In this document: piece by piece, positions 49,431 through 59,803 of the stretch
How the letters are laid out: every line of letters starts with the position of its first letter
Position numbering within the stretch: the stretch's first letter is position 1
Source: Sediminibacterium sp.
GTDB taxonomy: Bacteria; Bacteroidota; Bacteroidia; Chitinophagales; Chitinophagaceae
Reading direction: 5' to 3'
Length of the DNA: 64,000 bases
Assembly: GCA_021300455.1 (NCBI GenBank)
Contig: JAJTDP010000004.1
Location: forward strand, 2,438 to 66,437
Notes under the pieces: generated by a model
Seen by the model: the letters and a program-made list of their open reading frames with translations, nothing else
Told to the model about the DNA's origin: nothing
The model's database searches: none
Position numbers and translations under genes: made by a program

Positions 49431-50168
49431 TTAGGCCTTATTTATAAGGGCTCCGTCCTTGAAAATAGGTAAGGAAGGGGCCGTATCCTTAGAAATGCAA
49501 TACAACATGTCCTCTTCTAAACCATAGGCCGCTAATCGGTGCCAATGCGTCACGGTTTTAATATAAGTAGGCAAATCATTTTTATGTTGATTGTATAACT
49601 GATTCGCCATAAAGCTACTATCGCAATGAATCTCAAAAGCATCCTTAATTTCTTCAATCACCGCTCCTGCAAATAAGACATCTTCAATATTAAATCGGTT
49701 CTTCCAGCCAGAACAACCCAGTATCACGGGTGCATTTTGTTCCTTTAAATATTCCACTACCTTGGTTAAATTAGGGAAGGACCCTGTAATGATATCTTTG
49801 GCTCCTTGCTTTAAGGCAAGATGCAATAGTTTAGTACCATTGGTAGTGGTGATGACTAAAATTTTATTTTCAATAAAATCTCTTGGATATTCAGAAGGAG
49901 AATTACCATAAGCTAATCCTGGAATAATTTTTCCATCTCTTTCACCAGCAGTCACACCTCCTGTTTGTTTACCTACTTCCATACAAAGTTCGGGTGTATC
50001 TACAGGTATAATTTTACTTGCACCATTATATAAGGCAGTAGCCATGGTGGAAGTGGCTCTAAAAACATCAATGATTACAACGATACTATCTTTTACATCA
50101 TATAAATCTAAAAGCTGTGGAGTTAAAACGGTATGTAATGAAGGTTTTGTCTTTGCGGCAGTTGTCAT
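49431..50168 (-). CDS. comB: 2-phosphosulfolactate phosphatase family protein (likely start MTTAAK at 50168)
   Basis: VVIIDVFRATSTM, AGERDG, YGNSPSEY, TTTNGT, NIEDVLFAG. Confidence 0.88.
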   Translation of the reverse strand: MTTAAKTKPSLHTVLTPQLLDLYDVKDSIVVIIDVFRATSTMATALYNGASKIIPVDTPELCMEVGKQTGGVTAGERDGKIIPGLAYGNSPSEYPRDFIENKILVITTTNGTKLLHLALKQGAKDIITGSFPNLTKVVEYLKEQNAPVILGCSGWKNRFNIEDVLFAGAVIEEIKDAFEIHCDSSFMANQLYNQHKNDLPTYIKTVTHWHRLAAYGLEEDMLYCISKDTAPSLPIFKDGALINKA

Positions 50169-50200
50169 AATGCACAAATATACAAAACCTTCATTTTTTA

Positions 50201-50557
50201 TTAGACTAATTCTTTAGCGACGGCGTTCTTTTTAGATAAAATCAAAATATCTGAAACAATAATATCTGTGCTTACTCTTTTGATGGCATTTTTATCGGTG
50301 TAAGCCTTTGTAAGCAGACGCCCTTCTACCGCTATTTCACTGCCTTTGAGTAAATATTTTTCAGCAAATAAGGCTAGCTTGGCCCAAGCTACCAAACTAA
50401 ACCACTGTGTTTCTTCCACCCATTCTCCTTTGGCATTTTTATAGCGATCATTCACTGCCAAACGCATATTGGCCAACTGACTCTCTTTTAAAATTTTGAA
50501 TTCTGGATCGGCCCCTAAATGACCAATCAACTGCACTTTGTTTTTAATTGCTTTCAT
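50201..50557 (-). CDS. ssb: Short single-stranded DNA-binding protein without acidic C-terminal tail (start MKAIKN at 50557)
   Basis: NKVQLIGHLGADPE, EETQWFSLVAW, KGSEIAVEGRL OB fold; 118 aa. Confidence 0.88.
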   Translation of the reverse strand: MKAIKNKVQLIGHLGADPEFKILKESQLANMRLAVNDRYKNAKGEWVEETQWFSLVAWAKLALFAEKYLLKGSEIAVEGRLLTKAYTDKNAIKRVSTDIIVSDILILSKKNAVAKELV

Positions 50558-50701
50558 ACTAATTGTTTTGTTAAGACACAAAATTGCAAATAGTAAGAAA
50601 ACAAAAAACAAGTATTTACCCAATGAAAAAAGGGTATAAATTAATCTATAAACTAGAATAATAAATAAATGTAAAAACTTAATGAGTAGAAAAACTATCC
50701 T

Positions 50702-51796
50702 TTATTTAAAAGGAAACTTCACCACCTGCGCTTTGACTAAAGTATTTCTAATGTCAATATAAATTTCAGACCCCAGTTTAGAAAACTCAGTGGCCACATA
50801 GCCCATGCCAATGGCCTTACCTAAACTAGGGGCCTGTGTACCTGAAGTAACTGAACCAATAAGTTTGCCTGCGGCATCTTTAATTTCATAATAATGTCTT
50901 GGTATACCACGGTCAATCATTTCAAAGCCCACTAATTTTTTAGAAACCCCATTTGTTTTTTGTGCAAGCAAACTTTCTTTATTGGTAAAATCCTTAGTGA
51001 ATTTTGTAATCCATCCTAAACCCGCTTCCATAGGACTAGTGGTATCATCAATATCATTTCCGTATAAACAAAAACCCATTTCTAAACGAAGGGTATCGCG
51101 AGCACCTAAACCAATGGGCTGAATACCATCGGCAGCACCTGCTTCAAATATAGCATCCCAAATTTTATTAGCATTATCATTAATGTCTTCAAAATAAATC
51201 TCCACACCCCCTGCACCTGTATATCCCGTAGCACTAATAAGTACATTGTCAATGCCTAACATTTCACCTTTCGCAAAACTATAATAAGGCATATTTAAAA
51301 CATCCATACTAGTTAAAGTCTGAATAATTTTAGCAGCCTTTGGACCTTGCACCGCAAGTAATGCAGTCTTCGCACTTATATTATGCATCTGCACTCCTTT
51401 AGTATTATAGCTACTAATCCAATTCCAATCTTTTTCAATATTAGAAGCGTTCACCACTAACATATACACTTTATTCTTTTCTACACAATACACTAATAAA
51501 TCATCTACAATGCCCCCTGTTGTATTGGGCAAGCAACTATACTGCGCTTTGCCATCTTCTAAAACAGAAGCATCGTTGGTGGTAACGCGTTGAATTAAAT
51601 CCAGGGCATCGGGGCCTCTTAGTATAAATTCACCCATATGACTTACATCAAATACACCTGCATTATTTCTCACAGCAGCATGCTCTAGGTTAATGCCCGT
51701 ATAACTTATAGGCATATTATAACCTGCAAAAGGCGCCATTTTAGCGCCTAGTGCAATATGTTTATGGATAAAGGGAGTGTTTAAAGCTTCGCTCAT
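50702..51796 (-). CDS. gcvT: Glycine cleavage system aminomethyltransferase T
   Basis: [40 protein letters not shown]. Confidence 0.98.
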   Translation of the reverse strand: MSEALNTPFIHKHIALGAKMAPFAGYNMPISYTGINLEHAAVRNNAGVFDVSHMGEFILRGPDALDLIQRVTTNDASVLEDGKAQYSCLPNTTGGIVDDLLVYCVEKNKVYMLVVNASNIEKDWNWISSYNTKGVQMHNISAKTALLAVQGPKAAKIIQTLTSMDVLNMPYYSFAKGEMLGIDNVLISATGYTGAGGVEIYFEDINDNANKIWDAIFEAGAADGIQPIGLGARDTLRLEMGFCLYGNDIDDTTSPMEAGLGWITKFTKDFTNKESLLAQKTNGVSKKLVGFEMIDRGIPRHYYEIKDAAGKLIGSVTSGTQAPSLGKAIGMGYVATEFSKLGSEIYIDIRNTLVKAQVVKFPFK

Positions 51797-51846
51797 TTCG
51801 ATTAAATTTTCTCAAATATAATCAAAAAAGAAACTGAAAGGAAAGC

Positions 51847-54141
51847 CTAGTGGGTGAATCTGTCTAATACCCATTGTAAGTCAGATAATTTACCGGCCGC
51901 CTTTCCAATTTGATTCATCTTTTCAATATTTGAACCGCCTACATCATCCTTCTTAAATTCGTTCACTTTTACCACTTTAATTTTATCTTTTTGAAGCTCT
52001 TCTTCTTTTAATTTTTTAATATCATTTTTAATGGCCTCTCTTTCTTCTTTCAATTTTTGCAATTGAATTTCTTTATCTGACAGCTCATCTTGTTTGTCGT
52101 CACTATTTGAATCATCATTATCCTCCATTGTTTTATAGTCTCTTTGTATTTCCTCTAATCCCATTTTTGTCATTTTATACTCAACCCCTCTTTCATATTG
52201 ATAAGATTCATTATCCCAAGGTTCATTCCATTCATCATACCAATTATCATCCGTACTAAAACGGTCAATGGTGCCGGTTCTCATGCCTCTTCCATTAATA
52301 TTCACATTGGTTTGAGACCAACCCTTATTGGTAATTTTAATGCGCTTACCAATAGGCACTGCAATGGTCATAATAATATGCTGATTTCTAAATTTATCTT
52401 TTTTATTAATACCAATACCTCTGTCTAAATACACCAAACTATCTTGTTGTGTGAGTTCAAAGTTTATTTTATTAGCAAGCTCATTGGCGTTTTGAACAGT
52501 CTTACCATTACTTAGCTTCACAATTTTCACTTCAAAACTATCTGTTTTAGATTGTACAATTCTAATGCGTAAATTTCTTACATATACAGTGTCTTCATCA
52601 GCGAAACCTTGAAATGGTTCAAATTGGAACCAATTATTTTCATAATATTTCATTTTGGGTGCTGCCGTAATTTCTACATAATTAATTGTAGGATTTGTCA
52701 AAGCAATGCTTTGCTCTGCAGGCAAATTATGTCTTGAGAAACTATTTCCCAAGCTACTTCCAAAATAAAATATACAAACCCATCCAAGTACCCATAATGC
52801 GATAAAGCTTGATCTCACCCAAACATTTGCTTTTTTTAATCCTGCAAACTTTCTAATCACAGCTGTGACTATTCCTATAATAGGCACCCATACAAAAAGT
52901 AAAATAGCTCCAATCACAGACCAAGTTTGAGCCCCATCATCTAGTATGAAATTTTTCAAAGGTAATAATGCAGTAGCTGCTACCCCTATTCCAAATAAAG
53001 CAGCTAATAAGGAGATACCTACAATGGCTAAAATAAAATACACGAATACTTTAATACTTAAAGTAATTATTCTTCCTATATAATACAATAATCCTTTTCT
53101 CTTCTCTGCTGATCTATGAATTTCTGAAGATTGATTAGATTCATTCTCTTCATTCGAATTATTCGTTCCTTTATTTCTATTGTATAAATCGCTGCCCCAA
53201 GATTGTGCTCTTTTGCTAAAACCTTCCATATCATTTTGAATGGTATTTTTAATACTATTCAAATCTACTTTCTCCCCTACCATTTCTAATTTATCCGCAC
53301 TGGTTTTAGCTTCAGGTAGTACCAACCACAAAACAATATACACAAAAACAGCACCTGGACTAAAAGTGATATCTAAAAAATTAGGGAAATCTGGCGCATC
53401 CCAAAATTGGAATAAATGCATATGTCTGAAATTCACCACAAAGCGAATAAATGGAATTAAAAATAATATTCTCACTATCCATACTTGAATACCAAAGTAT
53501 TTAGACAAGCCAGCCGCCACACCGCCAATTACTTTTTTGTCTATATCTCTAAATAATCTTTTACGCACACCACCCACTACTTTTACAGAAGTGCTAGGAA
53601 CTGCAATCCATAAAATTAAATAGGCCAGTATATTAATACCTATTAAAAAGAACCAAAGAATTCTCACTATCCATGGCTCTATGACAAAGTAGTTCGCAAT
53701 ACCACTACAAACACCACCCAATACTTTGTTTTGCTCGTCGCGGTATAATCTTTTAGGTCTATTACCCTCTCTATAAAAATTCGAGTTATTATTCCCACTA
53801 GTATTTTGATACGTATTTTGTTGTCGACCATCGTTTGAATTATTCGCAGTAGCAGCAGTAGATTGTTCAAAACCATCCTGCGCTTCAAAATCGGCAGGAC
53901 GACCAATACTTGTAATAATTAAATCGATATCGCTAGCAGCGATGCATACGGTTCCTTTTTTCAAGCGGTCTTCACATAATTCTGCAATACGACATTCAAT
54001 GTCATTAATTATTTCATCGCGTCCTTCTTCGTTGGCGAAATAAACACGCAGCGACTCTATATATTGTTTCAATATTTCATACGCTTGTTCTTCAATCGGA
54101 AGAATGCGACCTTGAAAATTGATATTGATTACTTTATTCAT
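51847..54141 (-). CDS. PspC-domain membrane protein (two PspC repeats, TM region, large C-terminal extracytoplasmic domain)
   Basis: MNKVININFQG N-terminal domain; KRLYRDEQNKVLGGVCSGIA and KRLFRDIDKKVIGGVAAGLS repeats; YIVLWLVLPEAKTSADKLEM. Confidence 0.9.
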   Translation of the reverse strand: MNKVININFQGRILPIEEQAYEILKQYIESLRVYFANEEGRDEIINDIECRIAELCEDRLKKGTVCIAASDIDLIITSIGRPADFEAQDGFEQSTAATANNSNDGRQQNTYQNTSGNNNSNFYREGNRPKRLYRDEQNKVLGGVCSGIANYFVIEPWIVRILWFFLIGINILAYLILWIAVPSTSVKVVGGVRKRLFRDIDKKVIGGVAAGLSKYFGIQVWIVRILFLIPFIRFVVNFRHMHLFQFWDAPDFPNFLDITFSPGAVFVYIVLWLVLPEAKTSADKLEMVGEKVDLNSIKNTIQNDMEGFSKRAQSWGSDLYNRNKGTNNSNEENESNQSSEIHRSAEKRKGLLYYIGRIITLSIKVFVYFILAIVGISLLAALFGIGVAATALLPLKNFILDDGAQTWSVIGAILLFVWVPIIGIVTAVIRKFAGLKKANVWVRSSFIALWVLGWVCIFYFGSSLGNSFSRHNLPAEQSIALTNPTINYVEITAAPKMKYYENNWFQFEPFQGFADEDTVYVRNLRIRIVQSKTDSFEVKIVKLSNGKTVQNANELANKINFELTQQDSLVYLDRGIGINKKDKFRNQHIIMTIAVPIGKRIKITNKGWSQTNVNINGRGMRTGTIDRFSTDDNWYDEWNEPWDNESYQYERGVEYKMTKMGLEEIQRDYKTMEDNDDSNSDDKQDELSDKEIQLQKLKEEREAIKNDIKKLKEEELQKDKIKVVKVNEFKKDDVGGSNIEKMNQIGKAAGKLSDLQWVLDRFTH

Positions 54142-54164
54142 AAAATATTTTTTAAAATGTAGAT

Positions 54165-54530
54165 TTAAGAAACTGCTTGATTACTATTTTCAGCAGTATT
54201 TGTTTTTTCTTGGGTTAGTTGATCCACGGCCGTGGCCATTTCTTTCCAGGTTTGTAATAAAACACCAAAGGCTGCTTTGCCTTCTTCAGTCATTACAAAA
54301 TATTTTCTTGGGGGACCACTGATACTTTCTACCCAACGATAATTTAAGAGGCCCGCATTTTTTAAACGCGTTAACAAAGGATACAATGTACCTTCTAGAA
54401 TATGCAAATTGGCCAACTTCATTTTCTCAACAATATCACTTGGATAAACCTCCCCTTGTTGAATGATGGACAATATGCAAAACTCCAAAACGCCCTTGCG
54501 CATCTGACTTTGTGTGTTTTGAATATCCAT
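54165..54530 (-). CDS. PadR family transcription regulator (likely start MDIQNT at 54530)
   Basis: QMRKGVLEFCIL, EGTLYPLLTRLK, GPPRKYF. Confidence 0.93.
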   Translation of the reverse strand: MDIQNTQSQMRKGVLEFCILSIIQQGEVYPSDIVEKMKLANLHILEGTLYPLLTRLKNAGLLNYRWVESISGPPRKYFVMTEEGKAAFGVLLQTWKEMATAVDQLTQEKTNTAENSNQAVS

Positions 54531-54548
54531 AAGAATTAATTTGAAACA

Positions 54549-54596
54549 CAAAGCTAAGGATATTTATAGTACTATGTATCGCATAGTACTATAAAT
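54549..54596 (-). promoter_or_regulatory. padR promoter (-7 box TAGCTTTG, 54549-54556) with adjacent perfect 15-5-15 inverted repeat (54562-54596), probable PadR operator
   Basis: atttatagtactatg-tatcg-catagtactataaat is a perfect inverted repeat 5 nt upstream of the -7 box. Confidence 0.75.
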
Positions 54597-54685
54597 TTAA
54601 TCATAAAAAACGCAATACATTGATTTACAATATATTATATAAATAGTATTTTTATGAACGAAAATAGGAAAGGATAAATGGTAGC

Positions 54686-55969
54686 TTAATAGACCACTAA
54701 TTCGTAAAAATCTTCCTCTGTTAAATAGGTATTGGCCAGGGCCTGTAATTCCTCCGGACGAACAGAACGCACCACTTTAATGGTATTGTAAAAATAGTCT
54801 TCCGTTAAATCATTTAATAAATAGGTTTTCCAGCGACTTATAATTTGAAAGGGCCCATCTAAATCACCTAATAGAGCACCCAACATATAATTTTTAACCA
54901 ATTTTAATTCTTCTTCTCCTACTAGCTCTTCTCTTAATTTTTTCATTTCCTTATACACTTCTTCAATGGTAGCCTTGCAAACATCTTTACCTGCATCGGT
55001 ACTTACCATCCAAGCCCCTGCATGCTTATAGTTTTGTAAATAACTATGTATACCATAAGTATAGCCTTTGTCTTCTCTAATATTACTCATTAGTCTTGAT
55101 CCAAAAAATCCGCCAAAAATATTATTCAGCACTTGTGCAGCCGGAAAATCGGGATGATGTCTATTCGGAAAATGTCTGGCTAAACGAATAGAGCCTTGCA
55201 CTGAAGCTGCATCATTTACAATACTATATTTTTTTTCTGTGGCAGATATGATAGGGTGCGCCTGCTCCGTGATATCTTTTTTATTTAAAGGCAGTTGGCC
55301 AATATGCTTATTGAGTAAGGATTCCATGGTAGAGGGAAATTTACCTGCAATAAAAATGACACATTTTCCATTCAAATAATACTGCTCGTAAAATGCCACT
55401 AAGTCTTCTCTATTAATAGCTGTATAATCTTTCTCTACTGAGTATTTTCCATAAGGATGATCGAAGCCAAATAAGTATTCATCAATTAATCTATTGGCAA
55501 TAAAGTCACCTTTTTTCAAATTAAGTAATAACCTTTGAATTTGATTTTGTTTTAAAATGGCAATTTCTTTTTCAGGAAAACTCGCTTCTGAAATAATCTC
55601 TCCCATGATAGGAATGACTTCATGAAAATGTTTTGATAAACTATGTAAAGTAACGGTAGCCGTTTCATTGGTACAGGTTCTATTTAAATGCGCACCATAA
55701 AATTCAAAGGCATCGGTAATTTCAAAAGAGGTTTTTGTACTCGTTCCATTTTTTAATAAAAAATTAGTGGCAGCTGCTACCCAGTTTTTTTGTTCAAAAC
55801 TATTGCCTGCGTAAAATACCATGTCCACAAGCAACACTTCCTGTGAGCCGCCTTCGTAGGCATTCACTTCTACCCCATTATCTAAGCTAAACTTTTGATA
55901 AGGTTTCAATTGAATATTAAAATCAATAGCGTCTTTAATAACAGGTGCTACTATTCTGTCTAGGGCCAT
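54686..55969 (-). CDS. M16 family peptidase, non-catalytic subunit
   Basis: M16 fold (GGFFGSRLMSNIREDKGYTYGI) without HxxEH. Confidence 0.9.
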   Translation of the reverse strand: MALDRIVAPVIKDAIDFNIQLKPYQKFSLDNGVEVNAYEGGSQEVLLVDMVFYAGNSFEQKNWVAAATNFLLKNGTSTKTSFEITDAFEFYGAHLNRTCTNETATVTLHSLSKHFHEVIPIMGEIISEASFPEKEIAILKQNQIQRLLLNLKKGDFIANRLIDEYLFGFDHPYGKYSVEKDYTAINREDLVAFYEQYYLNGKCVIFIAGKFPSTMESLLNKHIGQLPLNKKDITEQAHPIISATEKKYSIVNDAASVQGSIRLARHFPNRHHPDFPAAQVLNNIFGGFFGSRLMSNIREDKGYTYGIHSYLQNYKHAGAWMVSTDAGKDVCKATIEEVYKEMKKLREELVGEEELKLVKNYMLGALLGDLDGPFQIISRWKTYLLNDLTEDYFYNTIKVVRSVRPEELQALANTYLTEEDFYELVVY

Positions 55970-55972
55970 GAT

Positions 55973-57211
55973 TTAGGTTTTACTATAATAATATAATGTG
56001 TTGCGATTATTGTCTTGGAATATTTGTTGCGCTGTATGCTGAATCATAGAAGGCGTTACTCTTTGATACATTCCCAATTCTTTATTCATCAAGTCTGCGT
56101 CTCCTAATAGTTCATAATAAGCTAGGCTATGGGCCCTATTCATAATACTCATATCCTCAAAACAAATCACACTTTCTGTTTTATTAATTACTTTTTGCAG
56201 TTCTTTGGCATCCAGTATTTCATTTTTTATTTTTTCTATCTCTTCTAGTACCGCTTTTTCTGCAACAGCCATGCTAATACCTTTCACTAATTTTCCTTCT
56301 ATCACCAGTAGCCCCGGATCCACGGTTCCAAAATGATAACAATCAATAGATGAAAATATTTGTTTCACTTTAATAAGCTGCTCATATAATCTTGCAGAAG
56401 TACCGCCTCCTAAAACTTCAGTAATTAAATCCGTGGCATGATAGCCTTCATCAAAACGGCCTCCCATATGCCAGGTCATCATGAGCATATCTAAAGGCAC
56501 ATCGGCGCGTACATCCATGGACCTACTTTTTTCTTGCACAGGCTCCTTCGGTAAATTGCGTACATAGGCTTTGCCAGCTTCAATAGGGCCAAACCATTTT
56601 TCGGCTAATTGTTTTACTTGTTCTGTTTGCACATTACCCGTCACTACTACTATTGCATTGTTAGGACGATAGAATTGAAAGAAAAAATCTTTCACATCTT
56701 CTATAGTGGCATCTTCCACATGTGCAAGTGATGCACCAATGGTCATCCAACGATAAGGATGTTGTGTATACGCCAAGCTGCGCATTTTATGCCAAGCATC
56801 TCCGTAAGGTTTATTGATATAATGTTCTTTGAACTCTTCGCAAACAACCTTGCGTTGCACTTCTAAACTTTTTTTACTAAAAGCGAGGGATAACATTCTA
56901 TCACTCTCTAACCAAAAAGCAGTTTCAATATTTTCAGCAGGTATTTGACAATAATAGTTAGTTAAGTCATTCGTAGTGTAGGCATTGTTTTCTCCCCCTG
57001 CTCTTTGCAGTGGCTCATCGTATACAGGAATATTTACACTGCCTCCAAACATCAAATGTTCAAACAAATGGGCAAAGCCTGTTTTAGCAGGGTCTTCATC
57101 CTTAGCCCCCACATTATATAAAACATTTACTACGGCCATAGGGGTACTGGTATCTTGGTGTACCAATACTTTAAGGCCATTGTCTAGTTGAAATTTTTCA
57201 AATTGTATCAT
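55973..57211 (-). CDS. M16 family zinc peptidase, catalytic subunit
   Basis: GFAHLFEHLMF (HxxEH), NAYTTND, LESDRM, VVCEE. Confidence 0.94.
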   Translation of the reverse strand: MIQFEKFQLDNGLKVLVHQDTSTPMAVVNVLYNVGAKDEDPAKTGFAHLFEHLMFGGSVNIPVYDEPLQRAGGENNAYTTNDLTNYYCQIPAENIETAFWLESDRMLSLAFSKKSLEVQRKVVCEEFKEHYINKPYGDAWHKMRSLAYTQHPYRWMTIGASLAHVEDATIEDVKDFFFQFYRPNNAIVVVTGNVQTEQVKQLAEKWFGPIEAGKAYVRNLPKEPVQEKSRSMDVRADVPLDMLMMTWHMGGRFDEGYHATDLITEVLGGGTSARLYEQLIKVKQIFSSIDCYHFGTVDPGLLVIEGKLVKGISMAVAEKAVLEEIEKIKNEILDAKELQKVINKTESVICFEDMSIMNRAHSLAYYELLGDADLMNKELGMYQRVTPSMIQHTAQQIFQDNNRNTLYYYSKT

Positions 57212-57332
57212 AACAGAGGGCGAAAATACTTAATAACTACAACAGTTCCTTTTCTATTGCAAAAACCTTCTTCATAGCCCTTTCGAAACCCGATAAATTC
57301 GATTAACTTTGTGGCCAATTAATACCTAAGCT

Positions 57333-58457
57333 ATGCAGCTGGAATCATTATACCAAAGAGCCTTGAATTTTGAACACTTAAGCAAGGAAGAAGGCCTATT
57401 TTTATTTGAAAAAGCGCCACTTACCGAGTTAAGTTATGTTGCCAATGAGTTGAGAAAAAAACAAGTGCCCCATGGTAAAGTAACCTGGCAGATTGATAGA
57501 AATGTAAACACCACCAATGTTTGTATTGCGAATTGTAAGTTCTGTAATTTTTACAGAGTGCCTGGTCATCCTGAATCTTATATTACGGATATGGATACCT
57601 ACCGCCAAAAAATTAAAGAAACTATGGACTGGGGCGGTGATCAATTATTATTACAAGGAGGCCATCATCCTGAATTAGGCTTGGCTTTTTATACCGATAT
57701 ATTTAGCCAGATTAAAAAAGAATTTCCAACGATTAAACTACATACACTAGGGCCCCCAGAAATTGCGCATATTGCAAAGTTGGAAAAAATGAGTCATACC
57801 GATGTCTTGAAAGCCTTAGTGGCTGCGGGTATGAATTCACTGCCTGGTGCGGGTGCAGAAATTTTAGTAGACCGTGTCAGAAAATTAGTGTCTAATGGAA
57901 AATGTGGTGCAGACGAATGGTTAGATGTTATGGCTGCAGCACATCAATTAAATATTACTACCAGTGCCACGATGATGTTTGGTCATGTGGAAACTTTAGA
58001 AGAAAGATTTATTCACTTAGTGCGTATTCGTGAAGTACAAGATAGAAAACCAAAAGATGCCAAAGGATTTTTGGCTTTCATTCCTTGGACCTTCCAAGAA
58101 GTAGACACCTTACTTACCAAAATTAGAGGGGTACATAATTTAACGACTACAGAAGAGTATATAAGAATGATTGCCATTAGTAGAATTATGCTACCTAATA
58201 TTAAAAATATTCAAGCTAGTTGGTTAACCGTAGGAAAAGCCACTGCACAGGTTTGTTTAGAAGCAGGCGCCAACGATTTTGGAAGTATTATGCTAGAAGA
58301 AAATGTTGTGAGCGCCGCAGGTGCCCCACACCGTTTTACCTATAAAACTATACAGGAAGCTATTAAGGAAGCAGGTTTTGAGCCTCAATTAAGAGATCAG
58401 CAATACGAATGGAGAACCTTGCCAACTTCCATCCAAGAACAAATCATAAACTACTAG
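57333..58457 (+). CDS. mqnC: Cyclic dehypoxanthine futalosine synthase (radical SAM, CofH/MqnC family)
   Basis: DRNVNTTNVCIANCKFCNF (CxxxCxxC), LLLQGGHHP, LPGAGAEIL, FIPWTFQ, GANDFGSIMLEENVV. Confidence 0.85.
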   Translation: MQLESLYQRALNFEHLSKEEGLFLFEKAPLTELSYVANELRKKQVPHGKVTWQIDRNVNTTNVCIANCKFCNFYRVPGHPESYITDMDTYRQKIKETMDWGGDQLLLQGGHHPELGLAFYTDIFSQIKKEFPTIKLHTLGPPEIAHIAKLEKMSHTDVLKALVAAGMNSLPGAGAEILVDRVRKLVSNGKCGADEWLDVMAAAHQLNITTSATMMFGHVETLEERFIHLVRIREVQDRKPKDAKGFLAFIPWTFQEVDTLLTKIRGVHNLTTTEEYIRMIAISRIMLPNIKNIQASWLTVGKATAQVCLEAGANDFGSIMLEENVVSAAGAPHRFTYKTIQEAIKEAGFEPQLRDQQYEWRTLPTSIQEQIINY

Positions 58458-58463
58458 TAAATT

Positions 58464-59735
58464 TTATACTAAATTTTCTGCACCAAAATAAGGTTGCAAT
58501 ACCTTTGGAAGGGCAATACCCGCTTCGGTTTGGTAGTTTTCAACAATGGCTGCAAAAATTCTTGGAAGGGCCAATGAACTACCATTTAATGAATGCGCAA
58601 ACTGAATTTTACCAGCTGCATCCTTGAAACGACATTTCATTCTATAGGTTTGGTAAGATTGGAAATTTGAAACACTACTTACTTCTAGCCATCTATCTTG
58701 AGCTGCACTGTACACTTCAAAATCATAAGTAATGGCAGAAGCAAATCCCATATCACCTCCACATAATCTTAAAATACGGTATTGTAAGCCCAGGCTCACT
58801 AATAATTTTTCAACATGTGCCACCATTTCATTTAATACTTCATCGCTTTTATCGGGATGTACAATTTGTATAATTTCTACTTTCTCAAATTGATGCACTC
58901 TATTTAATCCACGCACGTCTTTTCCAAAACTTCCTGCCTCTCTTCTAAAGCAAGGAGAATAAGCGGTCATTTGTAATGGCAACTCTGTCTCTTTCAATAC
59001 CACATCTCTATAAATATTAGTAACAGGCACTTCCGCTGTAGGAATTAAATAAAAATTATCTGCAGTGGCATGATACATCTGTCCTTCTTTATCGGGTAAT
59101 TGACCTGTAGCAAAAGCAGAAGCTTCATTCACCATAAAGGGAGGTAAGTATTCTATATAGCCCGCAGCAATATTAAAATCTAAAAAATATTGTACCAAGG
59201 CTCTTTGAAATTTTGCACCCTTGCCAATATATAAAGGAAAACCACTGCCTGTGATTTTAGAGCCCGTTTCAAAATCAACTAAATTGTATTTGCTAATTAA
59301 ATCCCAATGCGCCTGAGCCCCTGCATGAAGTGTAGGTGTTTCACCGCCTTGCTTCACGAGTTCATTCTCTTCAGGTGTTTTTCCCTTGGGTACTAGGTCA
59401 TGTGGCAGGTTAGGGAATTGAACAATGGTGTTTTGTAATTGTAATTCTACCTCGGCCATCTTTATTTTAAGTGGATCTAATTGTGTTTTTAAGCCTGCTA
59501 CTTCATTTTTTAAGTTTTCTGCCTGTTCTTTTTCACCCTTGGCCATCAGCCCCCCAATTTCTTTGGAAGCCGCATTCACCTTCGCTTGCATCTCATCAAA
59601 AGAAGCCTGTAATTGCTTTCTTTCATCATCCATGGCTATAACGGTATCCACCAAATCCAAATTAGCGAAATGCTTAATAGCCAACTTCTGCTTAGCTATT
59701 TCTTTGTTTTGGCGTAAAAAACTCACTTGTAACAT
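58464..59735 (-). CDS. serS: Serine-tRNA ligase (likely start MLQVSF at 59735)
   Basis: LIPTAEVP, CFRREAGS, GLNRVHQFEKVE, LEVSSVSNF, LNGSSLALPR. Confidence 0.98.
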   Translation of the reverse strand: MLQVSFLRQNKEIAKQKLAIKHFANLDLVDTVIAMDDERKQLQASFDEMQAKVNAASKEIGGLMAKGEKEQAENLKNEVAGLKTQLDPLKIKMAEVELQLQNTIVQFPNLPHDLVPKGKTPEENELVKQGGETPTLHAGAQAHWDLISKYNLVDFETGSKITGSGFPLYIGKGAKFQRALVQYFLDFNIAAGYIEYLPPFMVNEASAFATGQLPDKEGQMYHATADNFYLIPTAEVPVTNIYRDVVLKETELPLQMTAYSPCFRREAGSFGKDVRGLNRVHQFEKVEIIQIVHPDKSDEVLNEMVAHVEKLLVSLGLQYRILRLCGGDMGFASAITYDFEVYSAAQDRWLEVSSVSNFQSYQTYRMKCRFKDAAGKIQFAHSLNGSSLALPRIFAAIVENYQTEAGIALPKVLQPYFGAENLV

Positions 59736-59803
59736 CGGGTCTAATTTTAGCAAAGATAATCAAAGCATTGTACTACGCCTAGATATCCCCTACCTTTGCC
59801 ACC

